Counted from the first letter of the stretch, positions 9,407 to 20,231 are shown. The stretch: 64,000 nucleotides of DNA from Alphaproteobacteria bacterium (GCA_965237415.1 CBDEFM010000002.1:3392001-3456000); one strand, 5' to 3'. Notes: generated by a model from the sequence alone, not told the origin. A program made the numbers and translations.

Positions 9407-10212
9407 AGCCGGGAGAGCGCCACCTCGCAATCTTCCTCAAGGAGCCAAGGCTCGGCCGGGTGAAGGGGCGCCTCGCCCGCGACATCGGGCACGCGGAGGC
9501 CTGGCTCTTCTACCGGCGGCTGGTGCGTAGCGTGCTGCCGCCGCTTGCGCGCGATGCACGGTGGACGACATGGCTCGCGACGACACCCGCCGGTTGGCGC
9601 GGGCGGGAGCCCTTCTGGCCGCTCGCGCTGCCCCACCTTGAGCAGGGCCGGGGCGATGTCGGCCAGCGCATGCTGCGCGTCTTCCGCAGCCTGCCGCCGG
9701 GGCCCGCGATCATCGTCGGCAGCGATATTCCCGACCTCTCACCCGACCATGTGGCGCGTGCCTTCGCCGCCCTCGGACGCACCGACATGGTGTTGGGGCC
9801 GGCAGCCGACGGCGGCTACTGGCTGATCGGGCTGTCGGTTCGGGCGCGGGCGATCGATCCCTTCCAGGGTGTGCGCTGGTCGAGCCCGTGGGCGCTCGCC
9901 GATACCGAGCGCGGCCTGCCGGCGGGATTTCGACTAGCCCTGGTCGACCGCCTCGCAGATGTCGACGACGGGCCTGCCCTGCAAAATTGGCGCGCTCATA
10001 AGAGCGCGACCTGGCGCTGGCACGCTCAGGCGAGTGGAAATTCAAGCCCGTGCACTGAGACGAGCGCGAACGCTGATCCGCGCGCTCAGGCGAGCGCGAC
10101 GTCCGATCCGCGCGCTCAGGCGAGCGCGACACACTCGATCTCGATGTCGAACTCCATCGGCCAGGACGCCATGGCGACGAAAGTCCTGGCCGGCGGGTCG
10201 TGGGGGAAGTAG
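9403..10212 (+). CDS. TIGR04282/DUF2064 family transferase with C-terminus extended through a tandem repeat
   Basis: KEPRLGRVKGRLA, QGRGDVGQRM, IVGSDIP, GPAADGGYWLIG, LADVDD; ATGA overlap with the upstream gene. Confidence 0.88.
   Translation: MKPGERHLAIFLKEPRLGRVKGRLARDIGHAEAWLFYRRLVRSVLPPLARDARWTTWLATTPAGWRGREPFWPLALPHLEQGRGDVGQRMLRVFRSLPPGPAIIVGSDIPDLSPDHVARAFAALGRTDMVLGPAADGGYWLIGLSVRARAIDPFQGVRWSSPWALADTERGLPAGFRLALVDRLADVDDGPALQNWRAHKSATWRWHAQASGNSSPCTETSANADPRAQASATSDPRAQASATHSISMSNSIGQDAMATKVLAGGSWGK
9991..10140. repeat. Degenerate 30-bp tandem repeat, 5 units, palindromic core CGCGCTC-AGGC-GAGCGCG
   Basis: Units start at 9991, 10021, 10051, 10081, 10111. Confidence 0.8.
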
Positions 10213-10508
10213 CGGCCGTAGATCTCGTTCACGATCCGGTAATAAGCGGCGTTGGTGATGAAGACCTGGCACTTCACCACGCGATCCAGCGACGAGCCGG
10301 CGCTTTCCAGCGTGTGCTTCATCACCTGCATCACCTGCTCGGTCTGCACGTCGATCCCGCCCTTCACCATTTGGCCCGAGTCGAGGTCGAGCGGGGGCAG
10401 GCCCGAGACGTAGAGGAAGCCGCCCGCGCGCACGCAGGGCGAAAGCGGCACGCCGATCTTGCGGAGCGCCTCCGAGAGCTTGGGGATCTCGACGATTTCC
10501 TTCTCCAC
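10116..10508 (-). CDS. RidA/YjgF family protein
   Basis: PLSPCVRAGGFLYVSG, PPARTFV, DIEIECVA. Confidence 0.92.
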   Translation of the reverse strand: MEKEIVEIPKLSEALRKIGVPLSPCVRAGGFLYVSGLPPLDLDSGQMVKGGIDVQTEQVMQVMKHTLESAGSSLDRVVKCQVFITNAAYYRIVNEIYGRYFPHDPPARTFVAMASWPMEFDIEIECVALA

Positions 10509-10538
10509 TTTCCTTCTCCTCTTCTCGTCGGGGAGCCT

Positions 10539-10625
10539 TACATTCCGCGCGCGCCAGGCTGCGCGGGCGCGCGACTCAGGCGGTGCCCTACATTCCGCGC
10601 GCGCCAGGCTGCGCGGGCGCGCGAC
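10539..10625. repeat. 37-bp perfect direct repeat (period 50) duplicating the moaB 3' end
   Basis: TACATTCCGCGCGCGCCAGGCTGCGCGGGCGCGCGAC at 10539 and 10589. Confidence 0.9.
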
Positions 10626-11157
10626 GTTCGGTCTCCTGCAACCGGGGCATCAGCTCGACCAGATTGCAGGGGCGCCAGCGATAGTCGAGCTGGTAGCGCA
10701 GTATCTTGTCCCAGCCGTCCTTGCAGGCGCCGGGCGATCCGGGCAGCGCGAACAGGTAGGTGCCGCCGGCGACGCCGCCGGTGGTGCGCGATTGCATGGT
10801 GGACGTGCCGATGAGGTCGTAGCTCAGCTGGCGGAACAGCTCACCGAAGCCCGGAATCTCGCGCTCGTAGACGTCGTGGAAGGCCTCCGGCGTCACGTCG
10901 CGGCCGGTGACCCCGGTACCGCCGGTCGCGATCACCGCGTCGATCTCCGGGTCGGCGATCCAGCGTTCAAGCGCGGCGACGATCTCGGCCCGCTCGTCGT
11001 GGACGATGCGACGGTCGGCGACACGATGGCCGGCCCCTTCGATCCGCTCCACCAGCACTTGGCCCGAGCGGTCCTCGGCGAGCCCGCGGGTGTCCGAGAC
11101 CGTGAGGACTGCGATGTTGACGGCGCGGAAAGGCCTCTTCTCGTCGATCCCGATCAT
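10588..11157 (-). CDS. moaB: Molybdenum cofactor biosynthesis protein B
   Basis: IAVLTVSDTR, TGGTGVTGRDVTPEA, LPGSPGAC, PCNLVELMPRL. Confidence 0.95.
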   Translation of the reverse strand: MIGIDEKRPFRAVNIAVLTVSDTRGLAEDRSGQVLVERIEGAGHRVADRRIVHDERAEIVAALERWIADPEIDAVIATGGTGVTGRDVTPEAFHDVYEREIPGFGELFRQLSYDLIGTSTMQSRTTGGVAGGTYLFALPGSPGACKDGWDKILRYQLDYRWRPCNLVELMPRLQETERRAPAQPGARGM

Positions 11158-12008
11158 TGCACCGTCTCTCCGTTCTTCATCTTGTCCTCGATCGCAAGCA
11201 GGTCGCGCCACACCTCGCGCTTCGCCGAAGGTGTACGCAGCAGGTAGGCAGGGTGGAAGGTTGCCGTGGCCTGGATCGTGCCCTCCATGCGAGGCGTCGA
11301 AAAGGGGAACCACTGGCCGCGCAGGCGGGTGATGCCTTCGCGCCGATTGAGCAGGGCCTTGGCGGCGATGCCGCCGACCAGCACCAGGATTCGGGGTGCG
11401 ATCAGCTCGATCTGGCGTTCGAGGAAGGGCTGGCAGATGGCAAGCTCCTCGGCGGTCGGCGAGCGGTTGCCGGGCGGCCGCCAGGGCAGCATGTTGGTGA
11501 TGTAGACCGCCGAGCGGTCGAGGCCGATGGACGCCAGCATCCGGTCGAGAAGACGCCCCGCCGGCCCGACGAAGGGAAGACCCTGGCGGTCCTCTTCGGC
11601 GCCCGGCGCCTCGCCCACGATCATCAGTGCGGCCCCCGGATTGCCGTCCCCGATCACGGTGTTGGTGGCGGTGCGCTTGAGCGCGCAGCCATCGAAGGCG
11701 CGCACGGCCGCCACCAGCTGATCGAGGCTGGCGCAGGCGGTGGCGATCTCCTGCGCGCTCCAGGTGGCATCGCCCGAAGGGAGCAGCGGCGCGGGCGGCG
11801 CAGACGGCGCAGGGTCTTGCGGAGCAGCCATGGCAGGCTTAGGCGCGCTGGGCGGCACGGCTTCCGGCACGGGCTCACGGGCGACGGCGGCGGACGTTGC
11901 GGCGGCGGCTTCCCGGTAGCGATCGCGCGGCGCATCGTCGATCGCCTGGTCGACGCCGGCGAGCACGTACCAGTCCAGCAACGCCCGGATCGCTTGGTCA
12001 CCGCTCAT
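11154..12008 (-). CDS. Uracil-DNA glycosylase family 4
   Basis: GEAPGAEEDRQGLPFVGPAG, WRPPGNRSPT, FHPAYLLR. Confidence 0.95.
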   Translation of the reverse strand: MSGDQAIRALLDWYVLAGVDQAIDDAPRDRYREAAAATSAAVAREPVPEAVPPSAPKPAMAAPQDPAPSAPPAPLLPSGDATWSAQEIATACASLDQLVAAVRAFDGCALKRTATNTVIGDGNPGAALMIVGEAPGAEEDRQGLPFVGPAGRLLDRMLASIGLDRSAVYITNMLPWRPPGNRSPTAEELAICQPFLERQIELIAPRILVLVGGIAAKALLNRREGITRLRGQWFPFSTPRMEGTIQATATFHPAYLLRTPSAKREVWRDLLAIEDKMKNGETVQ

Positions 12009-12072
12009 CGCCGGCACGATATCAGAGCCGGACCGCAAGCTCATCCGGCGGCACGCCGTCGGACGCTGGCAC

Positions 12073-12339
12073 TCAAGGCTTCTTGTCCCCGCTCCGCGGC
12101 AGGTCGATGACCCGGCCGCCGTCCCGGCGCGGATCGAAGGCGTATCCCTTGCGCACCTCGACGTTGCGGAGAATGACTTCGAGGGCGGTTGCGTCGAAGG
12201 GATCGACATCGATCGGCTCGCGATATTTCGCGCGCAGGCTGTGCAGCATCTCGCGCTCGTTCGGCATGAGGCTCTCTTCGACCGCCTCCGCCGCCTCTAC
12301 TAGGTGTTGAAGCGCGACGAAAGCCACCAGCTCGACCAT
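12073..12339 (-). CDS. Hypothetical protein
   Basis: ORF with GGAGAAGGGAG RBS and host-like codon usage. Confidence 0.6.
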   Translation of the reverse strand: MVELVAFVALQHLVEAAEAVEESLMPNEREMLHSLRAKYREPIDVDPFDATALEVILRNVEVRKGYAFDPRRDGGRVIDLPRSGDKKP

Positions 12340-12507
12340 CCCGATCTCCCTTCTCTCCGCGCCGACCCCCAAATCGGCGCCGAATGGCGCAGCCTAACCC
12401 GGATGTTGCGCCGGGGTCATGGCCTGCGCACAGTCGATTGCAACGCCCGGCCCGGCGGCCCAGGATGGGGCGAGGCGGCCATCCACATGCGGCAGGGGGA
12501 GAGAGGG

Positions 12508-13518
12508 ATGAGCGACTACGAGATGTTCGACGCGGGCGACGTGGTGCTGCAGAAGGGCGCGACGCTGCGGGGCGCCAAGCTCGCTTACAAGACCTACGGC
12601 ACGCTGAACGCCAAGAAGGACAACGTCATCATCCAGCCGACCTGGTACTCCGGCCACCACACCGACGTGGAGTGGACCATCGGCGAGGACCAGGCCCTCG
12701 ACCCCAGGCACTACTTCATCATCGTGCCGAACATGCTGGGCAACGGCCTCTCGTCGTCGCCCAGCAACACGCCGCCGCCCTACGACAAGGCGCGCTTCCC
12801 CCATGTGACGGCCTACGACAACGTGCGCCTGCAGCACAGGCTGGTCACCGAGGTGTTCGGGATCGAGCGGATCAAGCTCGTGACCGGCTGGTCCATGGGC
12901 GCGCTCCAGACCTTCCACTGGGGCTGCCTCTATCCCGACATGGTGGAGCGCATCGTGCCGACCTGCGGCTCTGCCAAGTGCTCGCGGCATAATTTCGTCT
13001 TCTTGGAAGGGGTAAAGGCGGCGCTGACCGCCGACGACGCCTGGAACAATGGCTGGTACGACGCACCGCCCACCAAGGGGATCCGCGCCATGGCCCGCGT
13101 CTATGCGGGCTGGGGCTTCTCGCAGACCTTCTACCGGGTGGAGGAGGACCTCGCGCTCGGCTTCTCCTCGCTCGAGGACTTTCTGGTCGGGTTCTGGGAA
13201 GGGTTCTTCATCCACAAGGACGCGAACAACCTGCTCACCATGCTGTGGACCTGGCAAAACGGCGATATCGGCGACAACGAGCTCTACGGCGGCGACATCA
13301 AGAAGGCGCTCGCCGGGATCAAGGCCAAGGCCATCGTGATGCCGGGGCGCACCGACCTCTACTTCCCGACGGAAGACAGCGAGATCGAGGTGGCCAACAT
13401 GCCGAATGCCGAGCTTCGCGTGTTCGAATCCTATTACGGCCACTTCGCCTCGAGCTCCCTCAACCCCGCCGACGTGGCCTTCCAGAACGAGGCGATCAAG
13501 GAGATCCTGGCAAGCTAG
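12508..13518 (+). CDS. Alpha/beta hydrolase, homoserine O-acetyltransferase-like
   Basis: YKTYGTLN, NMLGNGLSSSPSN, GWSMG nucleophile elbow, DLYF, YGH. Confidence 0.88.
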   Translation: MSDYEMFDAGDVVLQKGATLRGAKLAYKTYGTLNAKKDNVIIQPTWYSGHHTDVEWTIGEDQALDPRHYFIIVPNMLGNGLSSSPSNTPPPYDKARFPHVTAYDNVRLQHRLVTEVFGIERIKLVTGWSMGALQTFHWGCLYPDMVERIVPTCGSAKCSRHNFVFLEGVKAALTADDAWNNGWYDAPPTKGIRAMARVYAGWGFSQTFYRVEEDLALGFSSLEDFLVGFWEGFFIHKDANNLLTMLWTWQNGDIGDNELYGGDIKKALAGIKAKAIVMPGRTDLYFPTEDSEIEVANMPNAELRVFESYYGHFASSSLNPADVAFQNEAIKEILAS

Positions 13519-13586
13519 CCCGCATGTCTCGCCGTGGTCGCGGTCCGCTTCCGCAGCCCACCTCGGGCAAAACGAAAAATTTGTCC

Positions 13587-13645
13587 GGGATTCGCCGGGA
13601 TTAAGTGGGATTAAGTGGGATAAGTGGGATTCCATGGGACAGGGG
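13587..13645 (+). repeat. About 10-bp periodic GGGA(T) repeat with seven G-tracts
   Basis: GGGATTCGCC GGGATTAAGT GGGATTAAGT GGGATAAGT GGGATTCCAT GGGACAGGGG. Confidence 0.85.
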
Positions 13646-13750
13646 TGCGGACGCCCGAAGGGGCGTGCGCGCGGGAAAAGGTCGCGCACGCCCCTGTTGC
13701 GCGTGCCTGCAAGGTCAAGCGCGCGTCGCATAACGCCGTGCGCGGGGGAT

Positions 13751-13828
13751 GTCGGCCGCGCCTGAAAGGTCGCGGGCGCGGAATGTAGAGTCGGCCGCGC
13801 CTGAAAGGTCGCGGGCGCGGAATGTAGA
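13751..13828. repeat. 39-bp perfect tandem repeat x2
   Basis: GTCGGCCGCGCCTGAAAGGTCGCGGGCGCGGAATGTAGA twice. Confidence 0.92.
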
Positions 13829-14006
13829 GTCGCGCACGCCCGTTCATCCCGATCGTGCCTCCCTGCGCATACCGCGCATGTGACCCGCTCGTCCTCGTTC
13901 TGCGTCGCGCGGATACGCGCGCGGGAGCATGATCGGCACATCCCGCGATCCTGGCACAGCAGCCGCACACGTTGCACCGCACCGTGGTCGGGGGAATCAA
14001 GAGGGG

Positions 14007-14765
14007 TTAACCCCGCCCGATGAACGGCATCTTGGTGGCCATCACCGTCATGAACTGGACGTTCGCGTCGAGCGGCAGGCGCGCCATATAGACCACGGCT
14101 TCGGCGACGTTCTCCACCGCCATGGTCGCCTCGGAGGCCATGGAGCCGTCGGCCTGCGGCACCCCCTGGCTCATGCGCTGGGTCATCTCGGTCGCCGCGT
14201 TGCCGACGTCGATCTGGCCGCAGGCGATGTTGTACTTGCGCCCGTCGAGGGAGGTCGAGCGGGTCAGGCCGGTCACGGCGTGCTTCGTCGACGTATAAGG
14301 CGCGGAGTTGGGCCTGGGCACGTGGGCCGAGATCGAGCCGTTGTTGATGATGCGCCCGCCCTTCGGATTCTGCGCCTTCATGATGCGAAAGGCCTCCTGG
14401 GTGCAGAGGAAGACCCCGGTGAGGTTGGTGTCGACCACCTGCTGCCACTTGTCGAAGCGGAGGTCCTCGAGCGGCACGGGCGGCGCGCTGATGCCGGCGT
14501 TGTTGAAGAGCAGATCGAGCCGGCCGAACTTGTCTTGCGTCTCGGCAAAGAGCGCCGCGACCTGGTCCTGCTTGCCGACATCGCAGGGCACCGCGATCGC
14601 CGTATCGGGGCCAGCGCCGGCCTCGGCGATGGCGCTCTCCAGCGTCTCCCGCCGGCGGCCGGAGAAGACCACGGCCCAGCCGTCCCCCAGCAGCGCGTGC
14701 GCCGCTGCCTTGCCGATCCCCTGCCCCGCGCCGGTGACCAGCGCCACTTTGCGCTCGGCGTTCAT
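14007..14765 (-). CDS. SDR family oxidoreductase
   Basis: [17 protein letters not shown]. Confidence 0.95.
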   Translation of the reverse strand: MNAERKVALVTGAGQGIGKAAAHALLGDGWAVVFSGRRRETLESAIAEAGAGPDTAIAVPCDVGKQDQVAALFAETQDKFGRLDLLFNNAGISAPPVPLEDLRFDKWQQVVDTNLTGVFLCTQEAFRIMKAQNPKGGRIINNGSISAHVPRPNSAPYTSTKHAVTGLTRSTSLDGRKYNIACGQIDVGNAATEMTQRMSQGVPQADGSMASEATMAVENVAEAVVYMARLPLDANVQFMTVMATKMPFIGRG

Positions 14766-14882
14766 AAGCTGCGCTCCTGTGCCCTTGTGGCGGCGCCAGA
14801 CACCTGCGCCGGCTTGTTCATGGCTTTCATGGCCGCCGCATATAGCACGGGGCGGGAGCGTGGTTAACGCCGCCGAGACGCA

Positions 14883-16315
14883 TCATTTGGAGCGCTTGCG
14901 GTCTCGCAAGTCGTGGCAGCCCGCGACCTGGCGCGGGTCCGTATCGGCGGGGAAGAGCCGCACCTTCTGCGTGCTGGTCACCGGCAACGTGTCGAGGAAG
15001 AGCAGATAGCCCGGCGCCTTGTAGTAGGCGAGCCGCTCCAGGCAGAGGTCCTGCAGCGCCTCTGCCGCGTCCTGGTTCGCACCCGCGCCCAGCGCCGGCA
15101 CGATGCAGGCCATGACCTCCTCCTGCCGCAGCTCGTCGGGCACCGCGATCACCGCCGCCTGGGCCACGCGCTCGTCGGCCTGGAGCACCGCCTCGACCTC
15201 GCCGGCGGCGATATTCTCGCCGCTGCGGCGAATGATGTTCTTCTTGCGGTCGACGAAGCAGAGCATGCCGTCGGCGGCGCGGGTCACGACGTCGCCGGTG
15301 TGGAACCAGCCGCCCCGCCAGGCCTCTTCGGTCGCCGCCGGGTCCTTCAGATAGCCGGAAAAAAACCCACTTCGCGGATCTCCGCCGGTCATCCGCAGCG
15401 TGAGCTCGCCCGGAACGTCGGGCGGCGCCTCGCGATCTTCGTCGTCCACCACGCGCACTTCGCAGCCCGAAAGGGGGCGGCCGAAGGCGCGTGTGTCGGT
15501 CTGCCGCGGCTCGACGCTCGCCCATGTGGGCATCGCGACCTCGGTCATGCCCCAGCCTTCGATCAACGGGAAGCCGAAGCGCTCTTCGAACGCCTTGTGA
15601 TGCTTCGGATCGATGCCGGCACCTGCGCCGAACCTGACGGAGTGGGCGCGGTCGTGCGGACCCGACGGCAGGCTGAGCAGGAGCGGCGGCATGATCCCGA
15701 GATAGTGGATGATTGTGGCCTTGGTCGCGGCCACATCGGCCCACCAGCTCCGGGGGTGAAAGCGGTCGGCCATGACGATGCAGCCCGCCGCGCTCAGCAT
15801 CGCCATGCTGCCGATGGCGAGCGCGTTTGCATGATGGAGCGGCAGCGGGTTCAGCAGGCGCTCGCAGCCGTCTTCCAGCGTCATGAGGCCGCCGGCATCG
15901 CGATACCAGCGGGCAGCGTTGAGGAAATAGCGGTTGGTGAGGATGCAACCCTTGGGACGCCCCGTGGTGCCCGAGGTGTAGAGAAGCGCTGCCTCGCCGT
16001 CGATGTCGGGCGCGCCACCGCCCCGCGCACCGCCACGGGGGGCCGGGAACCGGGCCGGGAGGGCGGCGGCATCGACAATCGGCACGGCGTCCGTCAGGTC
16101 GCGCTCCGCCGCCTCGACATCGGCCAGCCGCTCCGGCACCGAGACCGCCAGAGCCGCCTCCGAATGGTCGAGGAGATAGATCATCTCGTCTTGTCGGTAG
16201 GCTGGGTTGATGGGCACGATGCCGCAGCCGAGCGCGTTCAGTGCCCACCAATGCAGGTGAAAGTCGGGCCTGTTCTCCAGCAGCAGCGCCACGCGGTGGC
16301 CGCGGCCGTAGCCCT
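14883..16315 (-). pseudogene. CaiC-like ATP-dependent acyl-CoA ligase, 5'-truncated
   Basis: YTSGTTGRPKG, GWGMTE, GWFHTGD, DRKKNIIRRSGENI; recognisable homology begins at GYGRGHRVALLLEN and the upstream sequence is antisense relaxase. Confidence 0.8.
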
Positions 16316-18678
16316 CGGGCAATGCGGCCTGGTATCTCCGCATCTGCGACACCGAGCGGATCGAGCTCAGGGCGGGCGACCGGATCCGCTGGACCCGCAA
16401 CCACAAGGTGCCGCCCAGGAGCGTCGCCCAGACGGGCGCGCCCGATCTGGTCAACGGCGGCGAAGCGGAGATCGTGGAGATCGACTACAGGCGGGTGCGC
16501 TTCCGCGACGGGGAAGGCTCCGAGTTCAACCTTGCGCTGACGGACCCGCAGCTGCGCCATCTCGATCATGCCTACTGCTCGACCGTGCACGCAGCGCAGG
16601 GACGGACGGCGCGTGCGGCGATCGCGGTTCTCGATGCCGGCGGCGTGGCGGACCGGCAGCTCTTCCATGTCGAGCTCAGCCGGGTGAGCGACAGGTTCCT
16701 GCTGCTGACCGACGACCGCGAGGCGTTGATCGAGCTTCTCGAGGCGCGACCCGTGATGGAGGACGGTGCTCTGGAGGCGCTGGGCGTCGATCCCGCGGCG
16801 ATACCGGCCGTGGACCTGGAGGTGTTCGCGGCCCTGGCCGAAGACTGGCGGGCTCTCCGTCAAGAGGCCGAAGAGACGGAGACGATATCCTTCTTCCTTC
16901 CCGGCTACGGGGGCGTGATGGCGCGGGCGGCGGCGCTGTCCACGATCGAGGACCTGCCGGCCGACATGCGCCGTCTCACCGACACCATGCTGGCGGAGCA
17001 CGAGGGCCATCTCGCCCGCGACCGGGAGGTGAGGAACCTGACGGAGCGGATCCAGGAGAACTGGCGGGGCTGGCCGGAGCTCGGCTGGGCGGCCCAGGCG
17101 CGGGGATGCGCCGCGGAAGAGCTTCCCCAATACGATGCCTGGCGAGAGGAAGGAACGGCCCTTCTGGAGGAGGCCCGGGGGACGCTCGAGGCAGACGGCC
17201 ACGCCGGGCGCCATCTCCACGCCATGCCGGGAGGATCGGCCGGGCTTACCGGCGCGGTCGAGACGCTCGAACGGACGCGCTTTCGCGACGAGGCGATCCT
17301 CGGGTTCGAGGCGCGGCTTCAGGAGGTGAACGTGCTGGCCCGGGCGGCGGACACGATCCCGTACTATGCCCAAGGTCACGGCGTCCTCCTCGAGCAGGCC
17401 CAAGCGCTCGCCCTCTTGCCGCATCTGCCCTCGCGCCATGCGGCAGCGGCCGAGAAGGTCATCGCCGATGCCAGGACCTGCGAGAGCTTGCGCACGAAGA
17501 TCGAAGCGCTTCGCGGAAAGACGGCACGGCTTCTCGACGAGCGCTCGGCGCTGGAGAACCTTGCCGCCGGCGAGCCCCTCAAGGGGCTCGGGGACTACGC
17601 CGCCTGGTGGAACCGCTGCCAGGCGGCGAAGCGCAACTGGCAGGGCATGCTCGGCGACCAGGACACGTGGCGGCCCCATCTCGACCGGCTCGGAGAGGAA
17701 GCGGCGGCCATTGAGACCGCCCTCGACCGGTTCGCGAAGCTCCGCGGCCGCGATCTGTTCGACGCCTCGATGAAAGGAATCGAGGAGGCCGCGCAAGCCG
17801 CGCGCGGCCGGGGAATCCTGCCATTCCATGACGACGCCTGTTGCAAGGCGGTCGACGAGGCGAAGCGTCTCGCAGGGAAGCATGAGCTGGACGAAGAGGC
17901 GCGGCAGCGTCTGCAGGCCGTGCTCGAAGAACAGGCGGCCCGCGCGGCGGAATGGATGGTCGTCGTCAAGCTGCTACAGGCAATGGGAAGGCTGGAACGG
18001 CGGAGCCTCCAACTTGAGATCGTCGCCGAGCAGAAGGAGGTCTCACGGACGGAGCTTTCCGGGTGGGCGAAGTTGCAGGGAAGAATCCAACGGTTGACAG
18101 AAGACGCCCGGGCGGCGCTCGATGACGGGAAGCTGCAGGCGCACTGGGAGAGCCGTCCCGACATCCGCGCGAGCATCGAGAAAGGTCTTCTGGACTGGGA
18201 GGGCCGTCTCGACGTCCGCGCGAGCGTCGAGAAAGGGCTTCCGAAGGCGGAGGCGGAGGTGGCGCACGAACGTTCCGTGCCCATCGACGACTTTCCCATC
18301 AAGTGCAAGAGGGACATCGTCCGCGACGACTGGCTGCGGTGGACCGAAGTCATCCAACCGAAGTCGTGGAGGTCGGAGGGAAGCGATCGCGCGGGCCGAG
18401 AGGAGGTCGTGCAATTCGAGGGAGGGCTCGTCGGGAGGACGGCAGCAAGAAAGGAACGCGAAGACCGCTGCACCGTGGAGGTCTATTCGCGTTCGGACGA
18501 CGGACCTCTCGGAGAAATGGAACTGTCGTTCGGCACGCTGATCGGGGGCGGCTGCTGGCGCGCTTACTGGGAGGACGAGGCGATGCGCAGCGACGAAGCG
18601 CGCAAGCAAAACCGGGAGTTGAAGGAAAGTCGGGAGATCGCGTGGCGGCCCGGGCCGTCCATGAGCATGACGCGCTGA
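16312..18678 (+). pseudogene. C-terminal helicase part and extension of a MobF/TrwC-type conjugative relaxase, 5'-truncated
   Basis: IELRAGDRIRWTRN, LVNG, LDHAYCSTVHAAQGRT, FHVELSR; no relaxase HUH domain or Walker A. Confidence 0.82.
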
Positions 18679-18829
18679 GGGGCTCGGTGGAACCGTTGTC
18701 CATACGGGCGGGAGAATCGACCCCAAGGGGGTCGGCGGTGCGCGCGCCGTGTTCGTGGCCTGGCCCGCGCCGCAGCGCGATGCCGTGCGTGCCGCTCCCC
18801 TTGCCGGAACCGGAGGTGTCGCTCGGCGG

Positions 18830-20231
18830 ATGAACACTTTCTATTTCATGGACGAGGAGAGCGAAGAACGCCTCGAGGAGATCGAACCGTACCTGGCGGA
18901 CTGCATTGTGGCCGTGAAGGAGGGCCGGGCGAGCCCGGAGGAAGAGCCATACTTCTCGCTGATGCAGGAGGTGCATCGCGACGGATTGAGGATCGAGTGC
19001 GGATGCCGGCCGGACATGCCAAGGAGTCCCCCCCCCTCGGACCCCGCCGGACGCGGCCGAGGCGGATATTCGTCGTCAACCTGCCCAGGCAGGACGTGGC
19101 TCATGCCGTGGACTGCGTGTTTCGCGTGGACGAGCCCGATGCGCCTCCCATCGTTCACAGCGACGTCTTCAACCTCTCCTCCCGCGCGGATGCCGACCAC
19201 GGCGACACCGATCCGGACTCCCCCGTCCACAGGAAGAGCCGGGGTCTGTCGCAGGGCCAGCCGCCCCGGACGATGCGGAACGTTCTGTGGAAGCTGATGC
19301 ACACCGCACGGCTGCACACGCTCGCAGTCGCGGACGGGTTTTCCTCGTCGAGGGGATGGCTCCCGGCAATCGAGAAAGCCGCGGAGCAATTCTACCACCC
19401 GCCGACAGTCCAGGCGTCGGAGTTCCTGTTCACCGACCCCAAGAGCTGGAACTCGGGCGAAGTCGGGAGACGGCTGGACGCCGCCGGGCGGGACTGTCCC
19501 GAGTTCGAAAAACCCTTCGCCCTTCTCTGCTGGCCCGCCCGCGACGTGAGCGAATACGAGGTCAACGGCAGGAACAGGGAGCTGGGTCACGTGAAGGTGC
19601 GCACCCCGGTGGTCCGTCCGATCATCGGCGATAAACCGGTACGCGGGCCGTACCTGCTCCTCGGAGCCGTGGCACGATCGGAGGGCGGCAAGCGGTGGGA
19701 ATGCCTGAAGGCCTGTGCGCAACCGATCGTCGCCCCCGAATGCCCGATCCCGGTCGATTCAGACTACGAGCGGAGGGCTCTCGGATCCCTCCGCTCCCTG
19801 GTCCCGAATCTTGAGAAGAGTGAGAAACTGAAAAAGGCGCTCGGCGGCGCCGTTCGGGTCGAGCTCGAGAAGCCCTTGACCCGGACGGAAGTCGCCGGCG
19901 GCCCCTGCCTGCCGGACTTCCTGATCACCGTCACCCGCCCGAAGGCCTACAGCCACCTCCCCGAGGGTCCCGGTCATCCCAAACACCACGGCCGGTTCAA
20001 TCCCCGCGACAGGGCGCGCTATGTCGTCGAGGTGATGGGATTCAAAGACCAGGGCTACGAAATGGACAAGGAAAAAACACACCCCGGATGGAGCGGATCG
20101 GCCGGCTCTTCCCCATGGAAGGACACCAGTTCGATTCGGCTGACAAACCCCTGAGGCGGCAACGCGAAACGATCACGGCGGATATCGAAGAGGACCTTCT
20201 CGAGCGGTGGAAGGCGTCAGAGTCGATATAG
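18830..20231 (+). pseudogene. Plasmid/ICE-type protein (DUF1173-like, C-terminal PD-(D/E)xK-like motif) with two frameshifts
   Basis: IECGCR...H..DC.F N-terminus, PDFLITV...YVVEVMG; frames join at the C9 run 19028-19036 and near 20085 (continues MERIGRLFPMEG...ESI*). Confidence 0.6.

Noticed and set aside
9991-10140. Mini CRISPR array
   Set aside because: Spacers are only about 10 nt, repeats are degenerate and overlap coding sequence, and there are no cas genes in the window.
8681-10212. Arsenosugar biosynthesis cluster
   Set aside because: The TIGR04283/04282 pair is widespread, and no arsS or arsM is nearby.
14827-17883. Very long alternative-frame ORFs (1018 aa, 933 aa; similarly 2262-4265, 12394-14448, 44914-46626)
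   Set aside because: Shadow ORFs of high-GC genes, Arg/Gly/Pro-rich with no family motifs.
18158-18240. Short internal repeat (DIRASIEKGL/DVRASVEKGL) in the relaxase tail
   Set aside because: Simple in-frame local duplication with no further structure.
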